Of a stretch of 64,000 nt of DNA, positions 19,569 through 29,319 are shown piece after piece. The notes beneath the pieces were generated by a model. That model searched no databases. It saw nothing but the letters and a program-made list of their open reading frames with translations, and was not told the origin of the DNA. A program made the position numbers and the translations under genes. The stretch comes from a virus. Lineage: Duplodnaviria > Caudoviricetes. Positions within the stretch are counted from its first letter, which is position 1. The number at the start of each line of letters is the position of its first letter. The stretch spans positions 155,773 through 219,772 of IMG/VR virus record IMGVR_UViG_3300035696_000004. One strand, written 5' to 3'.

Positions 19569-20444
19569 TTACACGATGATGGACTTCACGAGTTCTTTGG
19601 CCCACGGATTCTTGAGCCGATCAACGCACAACCGAATACGATCCGTCGTGGTCGTTTGATTCCAGTTGCTGGCAGTGGCAAGTTCGACCAGATCCTTTTT
19701 AAGGGATGCTGCCATAGGTCGAAAGTGCTCACTGTCTCCAAAGATCTGGATGAAATCTTCCCTGAACGGAATCATGGAGAGGTCTTTCCCATTCAGATAT
19801 TTGGTATACCATAATGCTCGCGGTTTGAGGGCACCTGTATGACTTTCCAACAAGACCAGTTCCCCAAACTCAGGGTACGACAGCAGATCATACGCGTAAT
19901 GCGTCATGATGAGCGTCTTTTTCTTGCTAGTGGGACGGAGCTTCAATGGAAAGGTGCACACATCGTAATCTTGTCGTTTCACCCCCTTTAGTGAATCGAG
20001 GACGTGCTGTACTGCCTTGTGAAGTGTCGACGTGTAGATTTGTTGCTTGGGCGTTGAGTCGACCCTCAACGTCGCTCGCGGGTACTTCTTGTCCATCCTT
20101 TCGTAATTACTCACATAGAACACCACACGCGTTCGTTCTGCGGTCTCATGGTTCACGATACCGGCGATCGTCTCCATTTCTTGGAGAATCGCGTCTCCGA
20201 TATGGTTCGGCATGGCCGACATCGCGTCTTCGCGATTCAGCGATCCATTGAGGTTTCGAAAGAGTGTTCGGATGTTGATCCAAACTTCCTGAAACCCCAT
20301 GGTGAGTGGTGGTGTTTTGTGTTGGATGTCGGGATGGATGTTCAACAGGCTTTCCAAGCCAAGGCTCGAACCGATACTGACTGGTAATTGTCCGACTTCT
20401 CGGCTCGAGATGACTTCAGATGAGGCACTAGCGGCCATCAACAA
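19569..20444 (-). CDS. Conserved phiKZ-like protein, possibly a degenerate 5'-3' exonuclease/PIN-like fold
   Basis: 291 aa between SbcD and the ChmC-like gene; WINIRTLFRN only loosely resembles a PIN/FEN first strand. Confidence 0.5.
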   Translation of the reverse strand: MLMAASASSEVISSREVGQLPVSIGSSLGLESLLNIHPDIQHKTPPLTMGFQEVWINIRTLFRNLNGSLNREDAMSAMPNHIGDAILQEMETIAGIVNHETAERTRVVFYVSNYERMDKKYPRATLRVDSTPKQQIYTSTLHKAVQHVLDSLKGVKRQDYDVCTFPLKLRPTSKKKTLIMTHYAYDLLSYPEFGELVLLESHTGALKPRALWYTKYLNGKDLSMIPFREDFIQIFGDSEHFRPMAASLKKDLVELATASNWNQTTTTDRIRLCVDRLKNPWAKELVKSIIV

Positions 20445-21550
20445 ATCCTTTCAATAATAGAGGAAGCCAAATCCAGCACTTCCGCTCGAGTCCCCTTTCC
20501 TGCCATTCGTTCCAATAGCAAACTTTGGATATTATCCCGAGTGATAGCAATTGGATCAAATAGCGTCTCGTTTTCAATGATGATTTCTTTTTCTTCGGAA
20601 GCATCGCTGGGGTTCTTTGACCAGTTGAACAGAGGATGTCGTCTGATCAATGCATCCATATTGGCAAAGATCGGGTTAGTATACTCACCCACAACACGTA
20701 CATGCGCGCCAGCTTGAAGCTTCTCGACTTCACGATCAATTTTCTCGATCGTCTCCTCCAAACTCAACTCACCGCAATGTACCGTAACAAACTCAAGAGC
20801 ACCGTCATTATCGACGAATCGAAATTCATCACGACCGTTGGCTCTGAGTGTTGCTCGAACATATCCCTTCTTCCCTTCTTCCCCGTGGGACATTCGATCA
20901 AATGAACCCTGGGCAAAGATATGCTCCCGTCGAGAACGGACATGGACGTGACCGATGCTGATGAATCGCTTCACCAACTTCAGGTATTCATCCCCGTTGT
21001 GTCTCGGGATAGAAGCAGGTGCCGCAGGCGGTAGCTGGTGATCAAACTGCCCGTGCATGATAGCGATATCCACTGACGTCAGGCCTTTGGCTCGAATCAG
21101 TTCTTTCACCTGCACCAGTGTCACATCTGTAGACGGATGCCACTCATCGGGTACGTAGAGGACGTTATATCCTTTTATGTTCTCGATATGCAGCGTTTTG
21201 ACGTACAACACGTCCGCATGTGCTCCACTGATTGTGTTGAGCGTTTCGAAACGCCGAGATTGCTGCCAATCATGCGACCCTGTGCCTTCAAGGATGCGGA
21301 GCATGACGTCATGTTTCTTGCACAGCCGCAACAAATCAGAAATCCAGAAATCAATTTCTCTAAGGTCGTCTCCATTCGACACCAAGAGATCGTCAAAGAC
21401 GTCTCCGGCTAAAAAGAGAACATCTAAAGAAGCGAATTCAGCGTTGTCGCTGAATGGTTTCCCTAGATTCTGTATCATCATTGAGACAGGGTTACGGCGA
21501 TGACCCAGATGCAGGTCGCTCGCCGATGCCAGGTTGAGATCAGAGTTCAT
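20438..21550 (-). CDS. sbcD: SbcD/Mre11-like metallophosphoesterase nuclease
   Basis: SDLHLG, AGDVFD, EGTGSHD, MHG and GHVH motifs. Confidence 0.85.
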   Translation of the reverse strand: MNSDLNLASASDLHLGHRRNPVSMMIQNLGKPFSDNAEFASLDVLFLAGDVFDDLLVSNGDDLREIDFWISDLLRLCKKHDVMLRILEGTGSHDWQQSRRFETLNTISGAHADVLYVKTLHIENIKGYNVLYVPDEWHPSTDVTLVQVKELIRAKGLTSVDIAIMHGQFDHQLPPAAPASIPRHNGDEYLKLVKRFISIGHVHVRSRREHIFAQGSFDRMSHGEEGKKGYVRATLRANGRDEFRFVDNDGALEFVTVHCGELSLEETIEKIDREVEKLQAGAHVRVVGEYTNPIFANMDALIRRHPLFNWSKNPSDASEEKEIIIENETLFDPIAITRDNIQSLLLERMAGKGTRAEVLDLASSIIERIC

Positions 21551-22196
21551 CGAATTCGGTATAATCGAGGAGAGGTGCCGGTTTCACTTCTTCGGTAGCT
21601 TCTTCCGGGCTACCGATCTTTTCGAGATCAACCGGTGTGACCAGGTTGTACTTCTTGAAGATCGCACCCCAGCGTTTCAGGTATTCAACAGCCGGACCGT
21701 CACCCTTCATGACGTTGAAGTGGGAATGCAGACGACTATCCAGATACGCCTCGGCGTTTTTGGGACTTTGGTTCATGAGCTGTTGGGCTGTTTTGACCAG
21801 GTGCCCTACACCACCCAGGACACCGAATCGCGCCTTGATGTCGGATGGCTTGATGGCTTCACGATCGTACAGAGGCGGTACCGTGAAGAGAACAGGGCCG
21901 CCGATATATTCGACGACGTCTACTTCTTTAAACGTCCCGGACAGGTCGGTATCCGCATCGCCACCCGATGCAGTATGGACCCAGAGATCGATGTCCCCGC
22001 CATTGGGGCATTCGTACGTGGTACCAGTCAGATGGTTGGCCAGAATCGGTAGAAACACGCCGACGAAGATCCGTTCGATCACTTGGGCATTTCCGGTGCG
22101 CCTGGTGGCATCATCAAGCAGTCGCTTGGTTCCTTTGACATCCAGCGAATCTCTCTGCGATGCCAGATTTCCGAAATTGATTCCCGATACCGCCAT
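21540..22196 (-). CDS. Conserved hypothetical protein
   Basis: 218-aa ORF overlapping the SbcD start. Confidence 0.65.
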   Translation of the reverse strand: MAVSGINFGNLASQRDSLDVKGTKRLLDDATRRTGNAQVIERIFVGVFLPILANHLTGTTYECPNGGDIDLWVHTASGGDADTDLSGTFKEVDVVEYIGGPVLFTVPPLYDREAIKPSDIKARFGVLGGVGHLVKTAQQLMNQSPKNAEAYLDSRLHSHFNVMKGDGPAVEYLKRWGAIFKKYNLVTPVDLEKIGSPEEATEEVKPAPLLDYTEFDEL

Positions 22197-22198
22197 GA

Positions 22199-22621
22199 TT
22201 AGGCACTCCCTGTATTGTTGAGGTTTTCGACAATGGAGAAGACAGAGTCTCTCGCTTGGATGGCTTTACCAACCGAATATTCGACGCTTTGGTACGTCAC
22301 GGTGATAGTGATGACTAGCGTCACGCTATTGGTCACGTTGGAGCTCGACCAGGCATCACTGGTGATTTCGACTTGTGCGGAACTGTAATACCGCGCAAAC
22401 ATCGCCTCCAGCGCAGACCGGAGAGACGAAATGGTTGCTGAGATATCCAGAGGTTTTTGAGCCAAGAGATACTGAATGCTCGTAATCGCACTCGGGTAAA
22501 TATACGTCTGGAGGTAATCCGTTTCGAAACAGTACGTGAACAACCGATCCAGTTGCTCCTCGATACCATATACCCAGCCACGATCATCCATCGTCGGGAC
22601 CGGAATTGAATTAGTTGTCAT
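22199..22621 (-). CDS. Conserved hypothetical (possible virion) protein
   Basis: ATG 22621 with SD gagga; the track's upstream extension crosses a hairpin and overlaps the next gene. Confidence 0.6.
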   Translation of the reverse strand: MTTNSIPVPTMDDRGWVYGIEEQLDRLFTYCFETDYLQTYIYPSAITSIQYLLAQKPLDISATISSLRSALEAMFARYYSSAQVEITSDAWSSSNVTNSVTLVITITVTYQSVEYSVGKAIQARDSVFSIVENLNNTGSA

Positions 22622-22724
22622 GGGGGTTTCCTCGATATGATCACAAGATGATACCGGGGTGTAAAAAAGCAAGAAAAAAAGTACGGTATAAAAAGGAGAA
22701 GCCCGAAGGCCTCCCCTTTTCGGT

Positions 22725-23363
22725 TCACAGTTTATTTCTGTAAATGCTGGACGGATCTTCTGCACCTTCCCGCAGCGCAATCTCGATCGCGTTCCAAGCA
22801 TGGTTCTTGATATCGGAAACTTCCTCACATGTCAAGTCACGGTCACCTTCAACCAAATCCTCAACATAGTGCGTTATTTTCCAATCCGGACCTTCTTCTC
22901 CTTCCGATACCACCAGATCTTCCACGACACCGTCCATGACTCGCCGATAGTCGTAGTGGTCCTCACCGATTTGACCCGGATACAGATCCACATAGCTATC
23001 GGAATAGCCATCGATCTCTTGATCGAAGTACTTTCGTCTCGCGTACTTGTTCGCCATCAGGTAACGTTGCATCACCTTAGGCGCTTCTTGCAGTTGAGAG
23101 ATATCCGTCAAGGCTCGAATCGTGTTGGGTGAGAACAGCATCTTCGTTCGTCTGAGCGCTGCTTTGCCCTTACGAACCGCTTCACTTCCGTGGAAGCTTT
23201 CGAATCGCTCTCTGGCAGAACTCATGAAGGCACGCCCGGCATCGGTCAACGTATTCGAAACCGCGCTGAACTGCTGCTCGATATACGAAATTGTACCGGG
23301 ATGATCGTCACCGTAGACAAGGTAGTTGAACGCCTCCATCCCACCTGTCGAAACTTGAATCAT
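22725..23363 (-). CDS. Conserved hypothetical protein
   Basis: 212 aa, SD gaggtgaagga, follows beta' exon 2. Confidence 0.7.
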   Translation of the reverse strand: MIQVSTGGMEAFNYLVYGDDHPGTISYIEQQFSAVSNTLTDAGRAFMSSARERFESFHGSEAVRKGKAALRRTKMLFSPNTIRALTDISQLQEAPKVMQRYLMANKYARRKYFDQEIDGYSDSYVDLYPGQIGEDHYDYRRVMDGVVEDLVVSEGEEGPDWKITHYVEDLVEGDRDLTCEEVSDIKNHAWNAIEIALREGAEDPSSIYRNKL

Positions 23364-23380
23364 TCCTTCACCTCGTTTAG

Positions 23381-23605
23381 CTACGCTTCGGGTATTTCCA
23401 TAAACCTCTCGAAAGCCCCTGGGGTGGTGTTTTCTTTTCCGCTATGGATCAAATTGGAGATTGACGCCACAGTAGGTTTTGGCATAGCCAGGTTGCCTGT
23501 TACCTTTCGGGGTTTCTTCAAGTCAAACACGCCTTTATGGGGCGCTAGATTTTCGTGCGCTCTGGCCATGAAATTATCAAGACACAGAGTGAAGTTGAGC
23601 TGATC
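23381..23605 (-). CDS. rpoC: Non-virion RNAP beta' N-terminal subunit, exon 2
   Basis: Begins GAT CAG CTC (DQL), completing NCDFDG|D. Confidence 0.8.
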   Translation of the reverse strand, partial: DQLNFTLCLDNFMARAHENLAPHKGVFDLKKPRKVTGNLAMPKPTVASISNLIHSGKENTTPGAFERFMEIPEA

Positions 23606-24033
23606 CAATATACATTGTACACATTGCTGTGTTTTTATCAGGACGTGACTCCTGTCGGGACCGATTCCAGTCGGTGCCTGTCCGATGATTTCGCACCGGT
23701 TGAGGTCATATCTTAGCCTATACTACAGCTCTTTCCGTTTGGGGCGCACTTGCTACCCTACTCTACTCGCTTTAATCGTCGTGTCACGACGACCACCTGA
23801 CTTTATACAGATGTGATTATGCTTTCGCAATAGCTTTCGATGACCGTCGAACACACTTCCCAGTGGGAAGCTTCGTTGCGGATTGCCCGACACATGCCTC
23901 TTTTACCGTACCTGAATGATTAGTTCAGCCACATTCCTATTACTAAGAATGTTTGGTGTGCACTGTCATTTACGGATGCTCAGTCCGTGGGTGTCCCCGT
24001 CAGTTAGAAAAGTTTAACGATGGCAATCAATTC
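23606..24033 (-). mobile_element. ORF-less group I intron (428 nt) in the RNAP catalytic motif
   Basis: P aactgacgggga, Q aatccgcaac, R gttcgacggtca with matching S aagatatgacc; exon ends GGT, intron ends G; splicing restores NCDFDGD. Confidence 0.85.
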
Positions 24034-25302
24034 ACCATCAAAGTCGCAGTTCATCGCGACGACGGCTAGGAACGATATCGAAACGGTCGGATCACTCATG
24101 TCTGTCTTGACACGCGAGATCCCTACAGCTTGACACGAGCCTCGATTCAGACTCGGGTTGCGCTGCATAGTGGCCGGAATAGCTCCGCCAGGTGCTTCGG
24201 CTATCAGTTCCTTAAACAACTCATCCAGGAGCGGATGATACTGCGTGGTATATTCATTCAACAGCGCGAAGATATCATTCGGGCTGAATCCACGTGCTTC
24301 TAGCTTATTTGCCAAATGCACGCGCAATACCGTCACCGCCAAGTTCCACGGGATATGGATCTCGTCGTAGAAGTGCGAACCCGTCAACGATGATACGACA
24401 GCCCGGAAACTGAAGTGGGCTCTCGAACCGAACACGTGTTTACGAAGGATCCCTTGCTTCTTCCCCAACGTAAAGCGATAGACCGACTCGTAATACGCGG
24501 CGAGCTGGACAATCGTTTTCAATGTTCTGTTCTCTTTCACCTGGACGGTGAAGTTGTTGAGATCAGAATCAATCCCCGCCATCGTCTGGATCGCATCGAT
24601 CGAATCCAGAATGATCGGGTCCATGTAGCGACCCACATTCGTATTCTCTACGACGAGTAGGGCGCGATTAGGTAGCGGGATATAGTCAGAGAAGATGGCA
24701 TCCCGGTATCGTTCCAGAAACTTCTTGAAGCTGGTCTTCTTTCGGCCAGGCTTCGCGAAGAGCCGCATCGAATAGAGTCCATCTATAATGGCATCGAAGT
24801 TCTGGATGAACGCGTTATAGCCTCGCCTTACATTGAGGCCCATCAGCATTTCATTGACAGCCGTGATGTATTTGCTTTGCTTCGAGGATACCTTGTAATA
24901 CGGATCACAAATCCAACGAATGACTTCGAAGCCGCCTTTCGTGAACTCCCTTTTCATCATCGTCCAGACAACAGGGTTGATTAACTTTTCAACCCCATTA
25001 GGACTACGGATCCAGAGGAGCGGATCGATCTTCTTTTCAAACTTTGCAACGACCGGAGTGCCGCACTCTGGGCAGATGACAGGATCTTCTGCATTCAGCT
25101 TATGCTCACCAAACGTCGCATTACACGAGCAAGCTGGGATGTTGGATAACACATCCCCTTCAGTTGCCGTATAGATGAGTTCGTTGAGTTGGCGTTTCGA
25201 GTCTTCTGATTGATTGTTGTAGTCATTCAGAATAATCGGGATGTGCGCGGTCTGCTGCTGGAACAACAGGTCATGATTCTCGAGACTAAGCGATACCCCC
25301 AT
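24034..25302 (-). CDS. rpoC: Non-virion RNAP beta' N-terminal subunit, exon 1 (phiKZ gp55-56.1-like)
   Basis: Zn ribbon CSC..CPEC, GILRKHVFGSR, RNPSL, and NCDFDG (NADFDGD motif). Confidence 0.88.
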
Positions 25303-25332
25303 TTTCAATCCTTTTTTACAAATTGAGGGAAA

Positions 25333-25362
25333 AAAAAGCAGACCCCGAAAGGTCTGCTTTTT
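25333..25362 (-). terminator. Intrinsic terminator after chimallin
   Basis: aaaaagcagacc/ggtctgcttttt stem with a U-tract on the minus strand. Confidence 0.75.
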
Positions 25363-25375
25363 CAGTGCTCAGCTC

Positions 25376-27253
25376 TTAGCGGCGAGCCCAGCGGCCGAAT
25401 CCGGCTTGGCTGACGGTCTGGCCGTTTTGACCATATTGCGATGCGAACATGCTGCCCGAGTCGCGGCCGCCGATGACGGCGGACTGACCATAGCGAGCGG
25501 TAGCGCGCGGTTGGCCGGCGTTTTCGATCGTCGGCAGTTGGATGGAAGCGTTCAGGCCAGCGGCCAGGGCGCCACGTACCAGCGCTTCGAAGAAGGCCGG
25601 GTTGAACGTTTGACGACGGTACATGCCGGTGATGGTCGGACGAACCAGCTTGCGGATGATGTTTGCCCGCAGCGAGTTCAGAACCACTTCCGGAGAACGG
25701 CGATCCAGCAGCGAGTCGGACCAGTCCTTGACGACGGACAGATCGGTATCACCGGTGGCGTTCAGAACGTACAGGTGATCGATTTCGCGCAGGTCGCGCA
25801 TCACGCCTTCGGCATCGCGGAAGAAGCCCTGATGGATACCGACCGTGTGATCCAGGAACACAGCACGCGGATGGTCACCGTAGATCTTCAGGAACTCGCC
25901 GTTGGTGAGGAAGTTGGCCGTGTCGAAGATGCGATCGATTGCATCGGTGTCACCCGAACCCGCCAGACCGAATTCGCTGGTCAGCCAGGTGTTGGCGCCG
26001 GCTTCGGCGACGTCGATGGATACCAGCATGCCGGGATGGAAGTACGCCGCGATCATGTCGTGGTGGAATTCCGGGCGATAGGTATCCGACTTGGTCGGGA
26101 CACGTTCTTCCACACCGTCGATTTCCAGACCGATAGCGCCGATGTCCTTGAAGTCCACATCGGACGTACCGAACTGAGCCGGACGGAAGGCTTCAGCCCA
26201 CAGGTTGTTTTCGGCCAGACCGAATGCGGGGATCAGTGCCAGCAGCTGGCTGCCGAGGGACGGCAGTTGGGCGCAGATCATTTCGGTGATGACGTACTCG
26301 GCACGGTAGGTTTGTTGGCTCAGGACTTGGCCGGTGGAGCGAGCGAACGGGTTACGTGCTTGCGCATTGGCCGGTTCGTAGACCAGGTTCATGAAGCCCT
26401 TGACGGTGGTGATCACTTCGGTGCGGTCAACGACAGCGTTGCGGCGATCGCGTTGATTTGCGGAGGCCACGAGTTGTGCGATGGTTTCACCACGGATCGG
26501 CAGGCCGACGGCATCGGTTTCGGTCGGTGCGTTGAAGGCCGGCTTGATCACCAGCTGAGCATCGTTCTTCGCCAGGGCGATGTTCAGGCCGGGGAAGTTG
26601 CCCGAGATTTCTTCCAGCGCCATGCAGCAGGCTTGCAGCGCGTTGGCGGTGGTGCGGTGAACCAGCTTGTCGTCTTCGATGTTGTAGTCGCGCGGAACGA
26701 CTTCGATGTCGGCATCGAGTTGACGCATGTTCGGGTACACCAGGGCAACAGCGTTGCGCACTTCATCGATGAAGGCGCCGTCGGCGGCAGCCGATGCGTA
26801 ACGCGGGTCTTCGAAATTCACGCCGTTGTGCGGAACGAACTTCGATTGGAACGGATCGGAAGAACCTTCCAGCAGCAGCGTATGGAACGCGACGGCCGTC
26901 GGCTTTTGTTCGCCGACCGGGCGATAGGTGACAGCGACGATCAGGGCAGACAGGGCGATGTTGCTGTTGTTGTTCTTGTCCAGTTCGAGGAAACGCATTT
27001 CGAACAGGTCGGAGAGCTTCTTGGCCGGTTCCGCCATGGCTGCGCGCAGGCTGGAGAGGATGGCCGATGCGGGATTGGTACCGATACCGCGATGAGCGAC
27101 ATCGCCGAGACCGGTCCAGGAGAACGTCGAACCATCATCTTGTTCGGCGGTACGACCACGAGCAGAGCCGCCCAGCGGACGGCGAGCAGCGCCCAGTTCT
27201 TCTTCGGCAGCGGCATTGGCGGTGGTGGTTTTTTGGTTTACTTGCAGTACCAT
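25376..27253 (-). CDS. chmA: Chimallin (phage nuclear shell protein)
   Basis: 625 aa, strong codon bias, immediately upstream of the beta' N gene as in phiKZ gp54/gp55, own promoter and terminator. Confidence 0.75.
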   Translation of the reverse strand: MVLQVNQKTTTANAAAEEELGAARRPLGGSARGRTAEQDDGSTFSWTGLGDVAHRGIGTNPASAILSSLRAAMAEPAKKLSDLFEMRFLELDKNNNSNIALSALIVAVTYRPVGEQKPTAVAFHTLLLEGSSDPFQSKFVPHNGVNFEDPRYASAAADGAFIDEVRNAVALVYPNMRQLDADIEVVPRDYNIEDDKLVHRTTANALQACCMALEEISGNFPGLNIALAKNDAQLVIKPAFNAPTETDAVGLPIRGETIAQLVASANQRDRRNAVVDRTEVITTVKGFMNLVYEPANAQARNPFARSTGQVLSQQTYRAEYVITEMICAQLPSLGSQLLALIPAFGLAENNLWAEAFRPAQFGTSDVDFKDIGAIGLEIDGVEERVPTKSDTYRPEFHHDMIAAYFHPGMLVSIDVAEAGANTWLTSEFGLAGSGDTDAIDRIFDTANFLTNGEFLKIYGDHPRAVFLDHTVGIHQGFFRDAEGVMRDLREIDHLYVLNATGDTDLSVVKDWSDSLLDRRSPEVVLNSLRANIIRKLVRPTITGMYRRQTFNPAFFEALVRGALAAGLNASIQLPTIENAGQPRATARYGQSAVIGGRDSGSMFASQYGQNGQTVSQAGFGRWARR

Positions 27254-27336
27254 TTTTCGTTCCTTGTTTACTGTGGAGAGATTATACTACTTTGTTACTT
27301 CGTCGACGAGGAGAAACCAAAATTCTTGGTTCAGTT

Positions 27337-27370
27337 CTCAGGTATGTGATATAGGTTTGAAATATTCTAG
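27337..27370 (-). promoter_or_regulatory. Putative phage early promoter of chimallin
   Basis: ctagaatatttcaaacctatatcacatacctgag; 33 nt identical to 56439-56471. Confidence 0.75.
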
Positions 27371-27505
27371 AATCGACCTCAGACCACAAAACTGATACCA
27401 TAGCTCCCAGCCGGCGAAGCCGACGGGTGGTAAGAAGATTTCTCTTCTCTATAGGATAGAGGTATATCCTGTAAAAAATAACTTAGTCTTCTTACCGGGG
27501 GGGCT

Positions 27506-29086
27506 TTATTCACGGTTAAGTTCAGTCACCCGAACCTGTGCATCCAGCTCATAACCGAGCACGAGGTGGGTCTTGATCACTTGCCCGGCATCGTCTACGA
27601 TCTTGAAGTAGACTTCAGCATTACCGAGCTCAAGACCGATCAGTCCCTTTGCCTGGACGAAGAGCTTGTCGGACCCCGGTATTTCAAATACATGATCAAG
27701 AGTCAAGGTCCGGTAGTTTCCGACCGGGTCTTGAATAAATTCCCCAGAGACTTGGTATCTCGAAACCTCTCCGGTATCCGCCAAGACATCGATAGCTTTC
27801 AGCCGGATCGGTTGTTCGAGTGCCATTTCGTAGGGCTCGCGGATTACCCCAACACTTGCCAGACCAAGAAGGTTCGTCTTCGAGTTGGCTTTGAGCGGTT
27901 TGGTCGGAACAACCCCACCAACAGCATTCATGACATGCTTAACTGGGATAGCGTCCACGAAATGATGCGCAGAGATCTCCTGATAGTACGGGATGAACTC
28001 CACGATTTCCGAATCCGTCAGCCGCACATACCGCGGCTCAATTAACGCCGGTTTGGATTCGTTGTGCAACACGGGTTCGAACGTGACTCTTCGCGCCGAC
28101 AGATTGTAGCCCGCGACCACGAGGTTGTCCTCAGTGGGTAGAGCTTCAAACTTCATCTCGAGATCGCCGGTTTCGAGATTCAGTTCCCCATCCACATAAA
28201 CATCGACCGTTTTGAATTGACCATCGATCAACAGTGCAGAAGGGCGACCGTAATGCAGTTCCAGTGTTTTGAACTCATGGTTCGCACTGAAAACGAACTG
28301 ACTCGCGGCGAGATCGTCGGTATGGCTGATCTTGAAAAACGGACCCGTCTCCTCGTGACCTTTCTTCGAAAGGTAGAGGGTTTTGAGTCTGACTGACGGA
28401 TCAACTTGATCGCCAACAGATACCGCCCCAGAATCAATCAGCTCTTGGGTCTGAGAGATCGCGAGGAGATTCACTTTTACGCCGGCTTTCAAGGGCCGGG
28501 TCGTTATTGGCTTATCGGAACCCTCGATGAATACCACGGATTGCTCGGAGTTAGCCAGGAGGTGACCGTCGTGTTCCGGATTCCAGATAGCGTGCAACTC
28601 TTTTGCTGTGACTCGGATATACGATTGATGATTGACCCACTTTGCCATATCTGGCCTGTAATCCCGCACCTCATCCCAGGTAGGGTCCAACACCACCTTG
28701 TGCTCTTTGGCAACTTCATGCAGCGCATCCGACCAGCCGTCGGGGTGTTTGCGGTCCTCAGAGACCACAGCGGGGATAACAACCGGTGCTCCTTCGACCA
28801 TGGCACGATAGATCAGATAGCACCGCGTGTCTTTACTGATGGTTTTGTGGAGTGCTTCCATTTCGCCTTCGAACATCCAGTCCGGGATCTTCCCTTCGAT
28901 CCGACCCAAATGTTTGAGTAGTTCGCTGAGTGTCCGGCACCCGAGATCGAAAGCGGTCATGATGTTTCGAGCAAGCCCCGAATACATTTCTTCTGTCGGG
29001 ACCAGCGGAACGAGTTTCAGATTGCTGGATTCACACACCAGATGGTCTCCTACGAGGTTGCCGAAGTTGTCGGTGATATTAGTCAT
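27506..29086 (-). CDS. Mosaic protein with two tandem copies of a phiKZ major-capsid-like domain
   Basis: Internal repeat at aa ~194-334 and ~393-518 (T.PLKA..K.NLL / +RLK / TL.L / G...LE.G / GY.L.A); the capsid resemblance is from recall. Confidence 0.55.
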   Translation of the reverse strand: MTNITDNFGNLVGDHLVCESSNLKLVPLVPTEEMYSGLARNIMTAFDLGCRTLSELLKHLGRIEGKIPDWMFEGEMEALHKTISKDTRCYLIYRAMVEGAPVVIPAVVSEDRKHPDGWSDALHEVAKEHKVVLDPTWDEVRDYRPDMAKWVNHQSYIRVTAKELHAIWNPEHDGHLLANSEQSVVFIEGSDKPITTRPLKAGVKVNLLAISQTQELIDSGAVSVGDQVDPSVRLKTLYLSKKGHEETGPFFKISHTDDLAASQFVFSANHEFKTLELHYGRPSALLIDGQFKTVDVYVDGELNLETGDLEMKFEALPTEDNLVVAGYNLSARRVTFEPVLHNESKPALIEPRYVRLTDSEIVEFIPYYQEISAHHFVDAIPVKHVMNAVGGVVPTKPLKANSKTNLLGLASVGVIREPYEMALEQPIRLKAIDVLADTGEVSRYQVSGEFIQDPVGNYRTLTLDHVFEIPGSDKLFVQAKGLIGLELGNAEVYFKIVDDAGQVIKTHLVLGYELDAQVRVTELNRE

Positions 29087-29277
29087 TTTTCATCTCTCCT
29101 GATCGACTCCTTTATAAGGGGGTCGCATTTCTTGCACAAGTATCGATTTACTCCGCCCATGAAAATAGCACCACACCCGCTACACTTATTCATGGAGTCG
29201 CCATTTTCATACTCGAAATCTTCCTCGTAGTCGTGTCCCGGATTACGAGGCGTATTGTTCGTTGCTGTCAGCGCCAT
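29083..29277 (-). CDS. Small zinc-finger protein
   Basis: CSGC...CKKC in 64 aa; stop overlaps the next ATG (ATGA). Confidence 0.6.
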   Translation of the reverse strand: MALTATNNTPRNPGHDYEEDFEYENGDSMNKCSGCGAIFMGGVNRYLCKKCDPLIKESIRRDEK

Positions 29278-29319
29278 TTCACCGTCCTAATCGTATAGAC
29301 AATCTTTTTGGCCTGGGTC

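Noticed and set aside
25406-27349. 647-aa plus-strand ORF opposite chimallin (likewise 51237..53201, 53273..54169, 14974..16638, 36733..37620, 31247..32200, 47413..48474)
   Set aside because: Antisense shadows of codon-biased real genes; no motifs or start context.
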